Part shown: piece after piece, positions 40,585-55,261 of the stretch
Position numbering within the stretch: position 1 is the stretch's first letter
Layout of the letters: every line of letters begins with the position of its first letter
Assembly: GCF_006345805.1 (NCBI RefSeq)
Contig: NC_043012.1
Coordinates: 46,686,001-46,750,000, forward strand
DNA: 64,000 bases
From: Octopus sinensis
Lineage: Eukaryota
Direction of reading: 5' to 3'
Program-made: the position numbers and the translations under genes
The notes under the pieces: generated by a model
Databases searched by the model: none
Told to the model about the DNA's origin: nothing
What the model saw: the letters and a program-made list of their open reading frames with translations, nothing else

Positions 40585-40718
40585 ATCTATCTACTTTGAT
40601 ACTCACTCGCGCATACAGACACACTCACATACACACGTACACACGCATGCACAAACACACAAATGCGCATATATTGTAAATATATATATATATATATATA
40701 TGTATGTCTGTATGTATG

Positions 40719-40754
<36 letters not shown>

Positions 40755-40793
40755 ATATATTATATATATATATATATATATATTTACATATAC

Positions 40794-40840
<47 letters not shown>

Positions 40841-40890
40841 TATATACATACACACAATATATTTACATATATGTCATATATGTATTATAT

Positions 40891-40922
<32 letters not shown>

Positions 40923-41433
40923 GATATTCTATATATATTGTGAGTATTTATATATAAATCATGATGAGGTTTATAAGTGCGTTTTCACGAACCTATGTGG
41001 CCTTTAACCATATAACTACATCATTATTTGCTGTAAACTGTTAATAACAAATATAAGTATTTGCTTCGCTTATGTGTTGAGTAATTCCCTCTCTCACTTT
41101 CACCCCCTGTCCCCCCTCTCCCTGTATATATTATGAAACTCTGTATGTATATATATATATATATACTATATATACATATATGCATACACACACACGCACT
41201 CACGCGCACACACACACACACACCACACACACACACATATATATATACTGTTTTATGTTCAGCTATAATAAAAACAATTTACATTAATTTGATAGGTTAC
41301 TCTATACTATTGTAGAGTACAAATTTATTCCTGTTATAAAGTTTCTAACAGTGACTTCGACGTTTCAACCAGCACAACTTTGCTGGCTGAAGCTTCGAAG
41401 TTACTGTCACTATCACTCTTTGTTAAGAATAAT

Positions 41434-41755
41434 AGGCGCAGAAGCGGCTATGTATTAGGAAGCTCGCTTCCCAATCACATGGGATTTTGAAAACGAAACT
41501 GAAAGAAGCCCGTCGTACATATGTGTGTGCATTTGTGCTCGTGTGTGTGAGTGTTTGTTTGTCTGTATCTGTCCCCCTCACCATCGCGTGACAACAGAAG
41601 ATGGTATGATTACCTCCCTCTAAATGAGGGGGCGGCAAAAGACACCGCTAAAATAAATACTAGGCTTACAAAGAATAAGTCTCAGGGTCGATTTCTTCGA
41701 CTAAAGGCGTTTTTTCAGGATAGCCGCATTTAGATGAGTGAAACAAGTAATATAA
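41434..41755 (+). mobile_element. tRNA-derived SINE, internally deleted
   Basis: aggcgcagaagcggct...gaaactgaaagaagcccgtcg...acaaagaataagtc. Confidence 0.7.
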
Positions 41756-42292
41756 TATAATATAATATAAATTATATATAGTTACAGGACGTCACAAAAC
41801 GTAAAGAACATGAAATACGAAGACACATTTTTTGTGAAAAACTTGAGAAACAAATAGAAAGCAAGATAAGCAACATAAAGAACGATCCTTCATCAGTTGT
41901 CGGCTGTTTATCTACTCCACATTTTGAGCAAATCACGACAATATGTGTCTTCGAGAAAATAGTTGCTCCTGCAAACCAAACTAAAAGTTGGGATTTTGCG
42001 GAGGGTCAAAGTTGGTAACAAAAACAGGACAGTGAAACAAATAGTGAGGGCTGCTAAGCCAGACCTGGGGAAGGTGGCGAACGCTGAGGAACATTCTTTG
42101 ACAGGAGAAAAGATAGGAGAGGAGACAGACATAAATACGTCTGGTCTGTGCAACAGACCGGAAGAAAAGAAAAATCAAAACGTGTGGGAAAAATATGGAC
42201 GATGGTACACGTGTGAGCAACGAAAGAGTAAAGGAGGAAGAAGGAGAAAGAGGGACAGATTGAAAATATTGAAGAGGAGAAAATAATTATGG

Positions 42293-42334
<42 letters not shown>

Positions 42335-42675
42335 GCAACTTAGAAACAAGGGCAAAAGAAAAATTCTAATGCCAAATATGCCGAAAATAGACATAATCGT
42401 CAATAACCATACAATTTATCGCTATAAGCACGCGTCTCGAAACAAGTCAACAGAAATTTCTAAAAAATTCCGTTATTATCGCGTGGGTCCCAATTTCAGA
42501 ATTAATTCATATGAATTTTCTCCTCGTCAGCGATAAATACGTTAAAAAATAAATTAAATACTTACTTATACCCATGGATAATAACGGAATTTTTTAGAAA
42601 TTTCTCTTGGCTTGCTTCGAGACGCATGCTTATTAGATATAAATTATATATATATATAATATTATATATATATAT

Positions 42676-43145
42676 ATTATATTAGATTAGGATAAAACCA
42701 CTATTAGGCAAATCAAACAATGAAAAACTTAAGCCAATACATAAAATTATTAATTTATATTATTTTAAATATATATCAAAAGTATAAAAGTTTAATAAGA
42801 TAATGAGTAAACACTACGATCGTTTCATGGCTAAACCTCGCCAAGATAAATATTTCAATTACCTGAAGATTGACTGTAACCATAACTCGAATTACTACAA
42901 ATTGGACAGCCATGAAACGATCGTAGTGTTTTATTCATTATCTTTTATTAAACTTTTAATACTTTTGATATATATTTAAAATAATATAAATTAATAAATT
43001 TTATGTATTGGCTTAAGTTTTTCATTGTTTGATTTGCCTAATAGTGGTTTTATCTCTAATTTAATATAATATAATACTTTACTATAAAATTGGATTCAAT
43101 CCTAAATCTGATTTTTCCCTGTAAGTTTGGATTTATTCCCTAATA
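42676..43145. mobile_element. PLE-type terminal-repeat fold-back with a degenerate hammerhead
   Basis: Arms are ~42676-42832 and 42908-43070. CTGAAGA at 42863 is followed by GAAAC-GATC-GTA at 42914-42925. The tail is related to 9237-9400. Confidence 0.65.
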
Positions 43146-43153
43146 TTTTATTA

Positions 43154-43189
<36 letters not shown>

Positions 43190-43899
43190 TTTGTGTATAA
43201 ATATCGTATGCCAAAATCCAGTTTGATGACTCCATGAAAAAAAAGCACAACGGTTGTCATACCGAGGAATGCGATACAATTCACGCCCTCTCTCGCTCGC
43301 GCGCGCGCGAACGCATACATACACACACACACAAACACAAACGCAGACATACACATATATTCTATACCCTTCCACACAGTTTTAGTCTATATATATGCCT
43401 AATGTGATTTACTTCCACCGTTTCATACGCATTAATTGCATTGCCATGGGATTTTATAACATAGAGAGAAAAAAAAAGAATAACGGATCAAGAAAGGAAT
43501 TGATTGTGAGAGACACGTCATTGGATCCAAATGATAAAGTCTTGTGCAACTTTGATGCCCCTCTGTACTACGTTCCAGTGACAAGCATTGCAAGTTGACT
43601 GTTACTATTATGATTGCAAGTTTTATGTCAGAGCATCCTTATCCGAGAAGTTCTGCATTCCCTACGTCTGTCGTACATAATGGGAGGCTCCTCTGTCCCT
43701 GGTAAATGTATTGAATCCATAGAGTGAACATTGACAGTCTATAGGTTAATCATAATTAATTGGTGACCCAACGTTTCTCACGACTCCAGAATTCCCGAAT
43801 TGGAGCCGCACCAAACGATGCAGTTTAATATCATAAAATACGTACATACGCGCACGCACACACTCACACAAGTATGCACGCATGCACACACACACACAC

Positions 43900-43942
43900 A
43901 CGCGCATACATTGATACATACATTCATACATACATACATTCA

Positions 43943-43976
<34 letters not shown>

Positions 43977-44300
43977 CATTCATACATACATACATACATA
44001 CATATATACATACATACATGTATACATACATACATACATACATTCATACATACATACATACATTCATACATATAACATACATAACATACATACATACATA
44101 CAATACATACATTTATACATACGTACATACATACATACATACATACACCATACATACATACATACATACATACATACATACATACTACATACATACATAC
44201 ATTTATACATACGTACATACATACATACATACATACATACATACATACATACATACATACATACATACATACATACATACATACATACATGCATGCATAC
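43900..44300. repeat. Long (CATA)n microsatellite
   Basis: Read directly. Confidence 0.95.
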
Positions 44301-44382
44301 ATAGTAATTTGGGATAGAGAAAGGAAATCAGCCACCTTACGGATTTTAACATCAAGTATTGAGGAATCTACAGTTACTCAAT

Positions 44383-44482
44383 NNNNNNNNNNNNNNNNNN
44401 NNNNNNNNNNNNNNNNNNNNNNNNNNNNNNNNNNNNNNNNNNNNNNNNNNNNNNNNNNNNNNNNNNNNNNNNNNNNNNNNNN
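44383..44482. other. Assembly gap (100 N)
   Basis: A run of exactly 100 N, typical of a placeholder scaffolding gap. Confidence 0.99.
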
Positions 44483-44529
44483 GTTAATAGATAGATAGAT
44501 AGAAGATAGATCGATATATATAGATAGAT

Positions 44530-44564
<35 letters not shown>

Positions 44565-45723
44565 GATAGATAGATAGATAATGTATTTATTGTAGCTAAA
44601 GCGACATGTACCTATGTATGTATGTACGTATGTGTATGCATGTGTATGAATGTACGTATATATGTATGTGTGTACATACGCATAGGTGTGTGTGTGTATT
44701 TATGCGCATCCAGTTTCCGTTGAATTTTTCTTATTCCCCTCCCTCTACATCTCCTTATTTACGCGTGTGAGATATTATGAGTGTTCGTGTGTGTATGTGT
44801 GTGTGTACGTGTGTGTGTGTGTGTGCGTGTGCGTATGTGTATGTGGTGGTGAGGGGGAGGACTGTACGTGCGTATCTGAGATGTAACCTACTTTTATGTA
44901 GAACATCAAATGGAATCTCGCAACTCTGACATAACAAAGAACATTACATTGTGATTTTATTTCCTTTGTCCGTTGGTCACTTGATAATACCGTATTTTTC
45001 TCCTTCTACCTCTCTATCTCTTCCTCTCCCGTTCCTTCTGTCACTCACCTCCAGCCCGGCTCCCCGCTTCCACTTCTTCTCTGTCTCTGTGTATCACTGT
45101 ATCATTCCAGCTGACCTTGACACACTCGTTTTCTATTCTTCTTCTCTTCCGGTTTGGTTTTTGAATAGAACACTAAAACACAAACACACACCTTCCTAAA
45201 TACACACACTCACAAACTCATTCACACACACGCAAACACATACAGGCGACATGTCATCGAAGCATACATGGACAAAATACACACGTTGTTACGTTCATAA
45301 CTACCAGCTCCGTTAGCTCGACTTGCAACAGAGTGTATAGAACGACGAATACACTCTACTTGAACCTCAACCACTCATTGAAATGTAAACACAAATACGT
45401 ATAAGGACTTTAAGAGCTAAACGCACATACACACACACAAAAGCACATACACAAAACACGCCCACTCAAATCACACACACCGACATTTTCACATCTATGA
45501 GACGAACGTTTCCTCCCACGCATCAAAAACAATCTACACACACTTCGATACACTTTATGTAGCTATATAAACAGATACAAGTGTGTCTAAGTTATATCCA
45601 ACGCTAAAAACTTAATTTCGCCTTCATGTTGGGTTACCTATCTATCTATCCATCTATCCATCCATCCATCCATCCATCCATCCATCCATCCATCCATCCA
45701 TCCATCCATCCATCCATCTATCC

Positions 45724-45789
<66 letters not shown>

Positions 45790-46014
45790 ATATCTATCTA
45801 TCTGTCTGTGTGCCTGTCTGTCTGTCTCTCTCTCTCTTTGTCTCTCTTCCTTCTCTCTCCCCTTTCTCTCCCTCCCTATCTATGTGTTTATCTGTCTGTC
45901 TAACCATATATCTATCACGTATAACGTTTTTTCGCATTTATTAAAGCGTATGCTTATGTGTATATATATATATAAATATACCTACAATATAAAAACATTT
46001 ATATTATAACATAC

Positions 46015-46069
<55 letters not shown>

Positions 46070-46543
46070 ATATATATACACTTCCATACATATATATAGA
46101 TATATATATATATATATATACATATATCACATATATATATCTATAGAGAGAGAATGAGAAAGTGAGCGAGAGAGATGGATGCATGCATACTGGATGGATG
46201 CACATAATTACATATACGTGTAGCCATATATCCAGAAAGTATACATACGTACATGATTAGATACCACACACAAACATATAGTGTGTGTGTAATTATATAT
46301 ATATATTATAATATATATATATATATATATATCTATATATAATTACAGAGGAAGTGAGAGGAAAGACAGAGAAACCAAAAGATAGACAGCCAGATATATA
46401 TTCACACACACGTGTATGTGTGTGTGTGTTTGTGTGTGTCGACGTGATTAAAGATACATAAAAATTTCATAATTTTCATGAATTATGCAATCTCCGTATA
46501 ATCACTCTTTCATTCATACCATTACGTTCATATAAAACCATGC

Positions 46544-46575
<32 letters not shown>

Positions 46576-47618
46576 TCAACACACATGCACACAAACACAC
46601 ACGCACATACACACGAACATTCACAGACGAATATATATCCATACTTACGTCCGCACATATATATATATATATATACACACACAATACACACCACACACAC
46701 ACACACACACATATAAATATATATATATATATATATATTATATAGATATATATATATATATATATAACACACACATATATTCACATATATACACACAAAG
46801 AACTGTATTTGTTCGGAATTTCGGAATTATCCATTCTTTTTTTTTTTCTTTCTGTTTTTATTCAATTTTCGCTGCTGCAAACTCATTCATGGGTCTCCAT
46901 CGTGCGTTCTCCACGTCTTATTCTTTTTCTGGTTTTTTTTTTCTTTTACCTCAACCCCACCACGCCACACACACAAACTCTTTCTCTCTCACCGTCTCAA
47001 TCTCTCTCTCTCTCTTCTTTCGCTCTCGCTCACTCTCATTTCTTTCCTTCTTCCTTATAAACTCTCTCCTTCACTTCTTTGCGTTGCATCACGTTCTCTT
47101 CTCGACTTGCTAGAAATAGCAGTCGAGTTGTCGAAATACACATCGCCTATTGTTTCGCTCCACCTTTTCCATTTTTAAGTCAAGAACACATTAGAGACTG
47201 TGACAAGGCCGCAATGCTTTTCATAATCACTCGTCTGAATGAGTCATGGCCTGTGGTTAAACAACAACAACAGCTATCTTAAGCTTACACACAAGGCCGC
47301 ACACACGCATATACTAGAAACCTTATCACATTCAAAATTTCTTCCTTCCCACAGTCCCTCGTATGCTTTTCCTCTCTAACCTCGCCTCATTCTTCTCTCA
47401 CTCATCTTTGTGTCGTATACAATAGCTGTCTAGTCCACTTACTGACACACATAAAAAGCATTGACACACACATATATTTTCACATACATCCAAATACACA
47501 AATACCTCTCCTCGCTGCATGCCTTTTTTCTCTGTGTCTCTCAATCGCTGTCTCTTTATTTCTTGGTGTGTGTATGTTTGGCTCTCTCCCCTCCATCTCC
47601 TTCTCAGTCTCTCTCCCC

Positions 47619-47691
<73 letters not shown>

Positions 47692-47833
47692 TTTCCATTT
47701 CTATATATCTCCTCCTGCCTCTCTGCCCTTGTATCTCTCATTTCTTACGTTCAAACCACTTCCCTCTTTACCTAGACGTCTCGTAAAGATTATTCCTTTT
47801 ACTTCAACTTTCTCTCTCTCCTTCTCCCTCCTT

Positions 47834-47868
<35 letters not shown>

Positions 47869-47975
47869 CTCTTCTATCCTATCTCCATCCATCTATCCAT
47901 CCATCCATCATCCATCCATCCATCTATCATTCTATCCATCCATCCATCTATCTTATCCATCCATCCATCCATCCC

Positions 47976-48053
<78 letters not shown>

Positions 48054-48919
48054 CTATCTATCTATCTATCTATCTGTCTATCTATCTGTCTGTCTCTCTC
48101 TCTATCTCGCTCTCTCTTTCTCTTTCTATACCTATCTATCCTGGAAATCTTCGCCGTTTTTTTTTCCCGTCTTATGTTCTTTCTTCTCACTACCTTCCAC
48201 ACACCTTCACACCTTTCAACATCTTTGGCTATTCTTCCTTATCAACACGTACACACTCACTATCTTTCTCTCCCTCCCTCTCTCTCTCCCTCTCTCCCTC
48301 CCTCTCTCTCTCTCTCCCTCTCTCCCTCCCTCTCTCTCTCTCTCTGGCTCCCTCTTACACCCACACATAATTATCTTCACCATTTATCTATTTTCCAGTG
48401 ACAACAATCTCACCCATCCTCTTTTCACTATGTTTATATCATTCAGGCACTCTCTCACCCTCTCTTCAAAATGCGTTTTATTTCACACAAACCGCTGTCC
48501 AGCCCCCCCCCTCTTTCACTCGCCGTCTTTTATTCACCGAACACCTGCTCACTTCTTCAATTACCTTCATATTACTACAGTGTTTCATTTGGACCCTACA
48601 GCTTCTGCTCACAGTCATGTTACATTTAGGTTTGATGTGTGGGTGTACAGGTGCGCGAGTGTGCGTTTATCCGTGTTTGTGTGTGTGTGTCTGTTTATTT
48701 GAAGAGTTTAAAGCGTTGTTGTCATTATACACATCGTCATTAACATTAATATTGACCACGTCATTAATTATCGTTAGCCATAATGGTAATCAGAGTATCA
48801 TCAAAACATTTCTCTCATTACCATCAGATTTGACATCACTACAGATACTATCACGCATCCTCCTTCTTCTCTTCCACCTTCGCTTCCTCTCCCTCCTCTT
48901 CCTCCTAGTTCTTCTCCTT

Positions 48920-48967
48920 ACCCTCAACATCATCATCATCTTCATCATCACCACCACCACCACCACC

Positions 48968-49018
<51 letters not shown>

Positions 49019-49388
49019 GCCATCACCGCCTCCGTCACAGACTGCTCATGATCACCATTATAGTTGTCATTTTCATTGTCACTCTTTTCGTCGTTGTCAT
49101 CGTTATCATCATCATCATCATCATTATGAGTGTCGTCGTGCATCATCAGTTTGGCTATGATGAAATCCTGTTTCTAGTTAGTTTCATTCCGATGGTGATG
49201 GCAACGGTCATTATTATAATATACATCATCATCGCTTTCGTCATCGTTGTTTTCGCCAACAATTTTGTTGCGGTCAATGTCATCGCCGTTGTTTTCATCG
49301 TGACTTCCATCATCAGTGCTGTCGTGGTAATCATCATCACCATCACGTTCATCATCATCATCATTACCATCATCATCATCACTATCAC

Positions 49389-49466
<78 letters not shown>

Positions 49467-49560
49467 CTTCATCATCATCATCATCGTCATCATCATCGTC
49501 ATCATCATCATCATCACCATCATCATCATCATCGTCATCATTATCATCATCAACAACAAC
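48920..49560. repeat. Degenerate (CAT)n/(CAC)n/(CGT)n trinucleotide repeat field
   Basis: Read directly; it generates poly-I, poly-M and poly-H pseudo-ORFs. Confidence 0.9.
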
Positions 49561-49955
49561 AATACCGAAAACAACAACAGCAAGGATAACAGAATGTTGA
49601 CGGTATCGTCACTATGTCCGTGGTGGGTCTCATCCCTCCTCATCGTCAGGATATGAAAGCCGTGTTTATTCTCCCTTCAATCCTGAAGATGATAATCATC
49701 ATTGGTTTCGTCTTTGTCCTCATTGTCGTTGTCCTCCTCCTCTTCCTCGTCGTCGTCGCCGTTATCGCATTTTTAAACGCAACAATTTGAAACCCTAAAA
49801 CCATAAAGGACTGAGTTTCATAATTTTGGGCCACTGGTGTCATATATTTTCTGTTATACAAATCTTGCCCCTTTTATAAAATTCCAAGCAGTTTCGATGC
49901 CATTCAGTAGTAAGTACCAAAGTACTCTCTTAATGTTAGCGGTAATCCACTAAAG

Positions 49956-50149
49956 AAGGCGGCGAGCTGGCAGAAACGTTAGCACGCCGGGCGAAATGCT
50001 AAGCGGTATTTCGTCTGCCGTTACGTTCTGAGTTCGAATTTCGCCGGGGTCGACTTTGTCTTTCATCATTTCGGGGTCGATAAATTAAGTACCAGTTACG
50101 CACTGGGGTTGCTCTCTGTGTTTAGCCCCTTGTGGGTAGTAAAGAAATA
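49956..50149 (+). mobile_element. tRNA-derived SINE with a perfect 15-bp target-site duplication
   Basis: A box agctggcagaa and B box gagttcgaattt; GGTAATCCACTAAAG occurs at 49941-49955 and 50150-50164. Confidence 0.9.
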
Positions 50150-50957
50150 GGTAATCCACTAAAGCCAATGGCATGCGCTTGTTTGCTCTCAATGCTTACA
50201 ACAAGAGGAACAATATGACTCAATGTGCTGACTTCTCATGAAAATGATTAATTGTCGTTAAATTAGCAAAATATATTATTCAATAAACGCTGGCTGAAAG
50301 AACGACCGTGACAGAAACCTTTGAGAACGAATCATTAGGTTTTATAATTTAAAAAGAAATATTCTAGTAGATCAGTTAAATACTGTTTTCCCTTGTATTC
50401 TTTAAGCGAACTGCTTAACTATACAATCTATACAAACTATACAATCACAATCAGAATCTACAGTAATTATGATTGTAAGCATTTTGATCATTTATTTTAA
50501 TTAATATTGATTGACACAATTAAGTCAAAACATCAATGTCCCGAAGTGGTACAGATTCACTGATTCTGTGTATTGTCAATATGTTTCGACGGGAGGGAGG
50601 GGTAGTTCTGCGAAGACGAAATACAAAGGCAAACATATTCATGCTTAAATCAGCCGGAAAATACTAAGAATGTATATATTCATCAGTATTCATTGTATTT
50701 CATCATATGATTTTCCCTCATGAAATGAATGATGACTTGTCTATAACATATATATATATATATATGTCGCCATGTTGGACCATTGCATTGTGCACGTATT
50801 TCTCTCTCCATTTTTTTCCCTCTTAATCCTTTCTGTCGAAGAGCGTTGACTCGAGACGTGAAAGACTTTTCACTTATCCATTTAACACGTGCGTTTAACT
50901 GATGCACCTTGTTGTTGTCCCTACACCTGTTTTTGTCTTTTGTTTTCTGTAAATTTG

Positions 50958-51060
<103 letters not shown>

Positions 51061-52699
51061 CATAAATCCAGGATATAAATTCAAGATTCAAGTGGATCAA
51101 ATCATTAAATAGTAAAGCACCAAGGTGGGGTCAGTGAAATAACTATTGGGTACACTGGGTACAAACACTATTTGAGGAACAAATACGCACTTACTAAAGT
51201 AAACACGGATTCATATTCCAGCTCTATGCACAATCGTATGCCGCAGACTGAATATACCATGTGTTTTTTCAAATGGGTACAAACACTGAACCAATTGTAC
51301 TGCACTCAATAGACTCCAGATCCACGCGAATTCCAGGATGCAAGTAAGGTGGATAATAAATAAATAACAACATGGGTTGTGATTCCCTCAATGCAGTTGC
51401 TTGCGACGTGTTTTTTTATTGATGGATAGAATTATTACATCATGCGAAAAAAGAAAACGTTTCATCAGGCGAATATACGTACGAATTAAACATATCAAAA
51501 TATCTGACATTCAAAAGCAAGACTTTCTACAAAATTTCGGTTAGAGCTTGATTAAACTACCCAGATTTGTAGTTTAATAAAGAGGATGGCGTTACGTCAT
51601 TGAAACGGGGAGGGAAGCGAAAGTTGATTATAGTGGAACAATGATTCCGGAAGTGGGATTGAAAACTGTACATCACGTTCTACCGCATAAAAAGTTACAA
51701 TTAAGATAAGGCTATTTCATTTTATTTATTTTAATCTATATATAGTTTGACGACGGAATTCTGACACAAAACACATTCAAAAGTAATAAAAATCGAAAGG
51801 TGGAGAGACAGATACCCATATACACTCATAAGTCTATTTGAATACAAAGATAAATGTAAGAAAGCATGATAGTAGATCTACTTTCACGCACTCAGACACA
51901 TCCATTTATCATGAAGGAGTGGATGTGTGGTAAGAAGCACCAGCAGCGAAGTTATCCCAAAATCTGTCTTACGAACGGGAATGTGAAACTTTCAGTAACA
52001 GTTTTAGCGATATTTTTGCTGCTTTTTTCCACCTTGCTTCGCATTTATGTGATTACTCTTATATATATATATGTATTCTTGGAATATTACAATATTCATG
52101 TTACTGGCGTCCAAATTCATGCCGCTGGACACGTGTATGTTGTGTTACTCCAATACTTCCTTTAGTTTGCGTCAACTGATTCACATACATGCAAGGATAT
52201 GTGCATGTATGTATGGGTAACTGGCGTGGTACATAAGTACTTGTTGATTTTAAAATGATCCCAGTAACTCAGGTAAATACATCGGAGGCTATAGACACTT
52301 ATGTGTCTTCCGAATCAGTCAGGATTGTCATTGATTTGAGAGGATGTAAACAAACATGAATTTTCCAGTTTGAACATAGAACGGAAGAAAAGAGAAAAAT
52401 ATTTGTTTGTGACAGAAAACACACCTGTTTCTGCCTCGTTAGGCATCTTCAGCACAGTAGGCGGTGTAATTGACTCCAATAGGCATGAAGTTCTAATATA
52501 TAAATAAAAGTGGAGAACATTTAGAGTACAAAGAAACTGGAATAATTGAAAAGGAAATGAACCCAGATAAACAACTTTGAAAAGCCATTTGCATGAACTT
52601 GGTTAACTAAAGACGGAGAGATGTATATTAAATAGTATGTAAGATATATATTTGAATTATTTAAATTACCTAATAAAAATATATCTTTTATCTTTATCT

Positions 52700-53115
52700 T
52701 TTACTTGTCATTACCTTTTCAATCATTAGATTACGGCCATACTGGGGCACCGCATTGACTAGATTTTATTTGAATGAATGAACCACTGTACTTATTTTTT
52801 AAAGCCTGGTACGTTTTCTATCGGCAACTTTTGTCGAACTTTTAGGTTACGGGAACGTAAACACGCCTGCACCTGATTGCCAAGCATTTGTGGTGAGAGG
52901 ACAAAGACAGACAAAAAGATGCCCAAACGTACAGACACACACACACACGCACGCAAATTTACACAGGTGCTTCTTTCCGTGTCCGTCTACCAAATCCACT
53001 CACAAACCTTTGGTCGGCCCAAGGCCAAAGTTGAAGACATTTGCCCAAAGTGCCGTGCTGTGGGACGGAACCCGGATCCATTTGGTTGGGAAGTAAGCTT
53101 CTTACCATACAGCCT
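52700..53115 (-). mobile_element. tRNA-derived SINE, decayed
   Basis: Reverse-complement homology to 53299-53745. Confidence 0.7.
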
Positions 53116-53298
53116 ATATTTGAACTATTGAAATTACGTAATTTCTAGAGAATATAAGTAATCATTTGGTGGTGATAGCATCTGACTCCAAATGATACTC
53201 ATGATATTGCATTGACTGCTAATTCATCCTTTGTTTTCTTGACCCCTGGTCGATTCTAACATTTTCTATCTAGCATCAACTAAATAAATATTCGACAC

Positions 53299-53471
53299 AG
53301 GCGCAGGAGTGGCTGTGTGATAAGTAGCTTGCTTACCAACCACAGGGTTCCGGGTTCAGTCCCACTGCGTGATACCTTAGGCAAGTGTCTTTTACTATAG
53401 CCTCGTGGCGACCGAAAGCCTTGTGAGTGGATTTGGTAGACGGAAACTGAAAGACGCCCGCCATATATAGG

Positions 53472-53523
<52 letters not shown>

Positions 53524-53745
53524 ATATGTTTGTGTGTCTGTGTTTGTCCCCGCAACATCACTTGATAACCGATGCTGGTGTGTTTACGTCCCCGTAACCT
53601 AGCGGTTCGGCAAAAGAGACCGATGGAATAAGTACTAAGATTACAAAGAATAAGTCCTGGGGTCGGTTTGCTCGCCTAAAGGCGGTGCTCCAGCATGGCC
53701 GCAGTCAAATGACTGAAACAAGTAAAAGATAAAGAGTAAGAGAGA
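53299..53745 (+). mobile_element. tRNA-derived SINE, near full length
   Basis: Head aggcgcaggagtggctgtgtgataagtagcttg...ccgggttcagtcccactgcg and tail gtaaaagataaagagtaagag. Confidence 0.85.
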
Positions 53746-54977
53746 GACTGAGGACAACAGCAGCTCGTAAATCAGCTGCCTCTGTGCGACCTCAACCAAA
53801 TGGATGAAAATATTAAATCTCTCAATTTTGTGATCAGTAAATGAAAACAAAGAGAATCGTGATAATCCTGCTGACAAATATCAAAGCGAATCAATTTAAA
53901 AAGTAAATTAACAAGGGATCGGTAGAACCGTTGCACCAAGGTACAATTTATAGTTCATGCAAATTGTGGGGATTGCTAATGACATTTCATTGTTATATTT
54001 CACTGAAGAAGACTTGACTACGATCTTAGAATATTTAAGATGAAAGTTAATCCTTTATAACTGCTGTAATGTTACACTTCACAAATCAACATAAATACAT
54101 ACATACATGCATACATTCACACACATATACATACAGATATACGTACGGATATGCATGTATACATATAAGTGTATGTATTTATGTATACACACACAAAACA
54201 ACCACGCACGCACACATACACAAATATTCTATATGGTCGTATGTTAATGAACAGATAGGAGAAACAGTTCACAATACCAGAGGTGGAATTCAAATAATAA
54301 TTTAGTGTCAATCAGAATAACGTGTTGAATCCCAAAGTTTACCGTCTCTAGAGAAAATATGTACCGTGTACTCGTTAAAACGACGAAAATCTGACGCCAC
54401 CTTTCAATACAAATTGAATACATAGAGGTCTTCTCTGCTGCCGGGAATATTTGCGAATCCCAATGAATGCAATGAGTGTAAGCATAATAAGATTTCTACA
54501 ATAATTATAGAAAACGAAAGGCTAGAACACAACCGATAAGTTACACTAGACATCGAAGCGGAGAAGAAACAATGTTATGTAATAAACAGTGTATACCCAT
54601 TAGTCAACCACGAAAAAAGATAGGGAAAACGAAATGCAGATTATTGCACAGACTCTTGAAGTATGAAATCATCAAGTGCCGGAGTTGAATGACTAGAAAG
54701 GTCGTAAGAGTGTTTATTATGATTTAAGCCTTTGGAAACAAATCTTGGAAGATGTGATTTTAACTTGGGAGTTGGTGTACTGCAGATAACGCATCTATTA
54801 TTCTCAGTAAGAGATGCATTGTAAGTCCTTGAAAGTAAGTATGTACATATATATCAAGAAAAGAAAGAATTCCATACTAGATCCACGAATGGCTCCTCAT
54901 CCTACACTACGCAAACCGGACGTAAACAGCACTACATATTAATAACTCAAACATACATACATACATACATACATACA

Positions 54978-55011
<34 letters not shown>

Positions 55012-55099
55012 CATACATATTTACATACATACATATATACATACATACATACATACATACATACATACATACATACATACATACATGCAACATGTAATT

Positions 55100-55258
55100 A
55101 TTGTGACATTGAGTTATGTAACACACTGCCTAAGTACCAATCTTGAAAAATTAGGCTTCTCAAAAGCAAAAAGAAGAAAGCGCATTCGAAGATTACAGAT
55201 TCTAGTCATCACTGGGTCTGTAAAAGTCTATAAATCTTTCCAGAAATTTATCCCTTAA
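55100..55258 (+). mobile_element. Short 3' fragment of the same R4/Dong-like family as 26410-27420
   Basis: YVTHCLSTNLEKLGFSKAKRRKRIRRLQIL..TGSVKVYKSFQKFI; preceded by (CATA)n. Confidence 0.75.
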
Positions 55259-55261
55259 GTA

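Noticed and set aside
33700-47000. Numerous YI/CV/HT/MYVC/YLSI-rich ORFs here and elsewhere
   Set aside because: They are translations of (TA)n, (CA)n, (CATA)n and (GATA)n microsatellites.
48398-49656. Long poly-I, poly-M and poly-T ORFs that look like membrane proteins
   Set aside because: They are products of degenerate (CAT)n repeats, open in several frames on both strands, with no splice or domain evidence.
50805-50870. Hammerhead-like ctgtcga-agagc...gactc-gagac-gtga
   Set aside because: Several invariant core positions are altered; at best a dead PLE terminal repeat.
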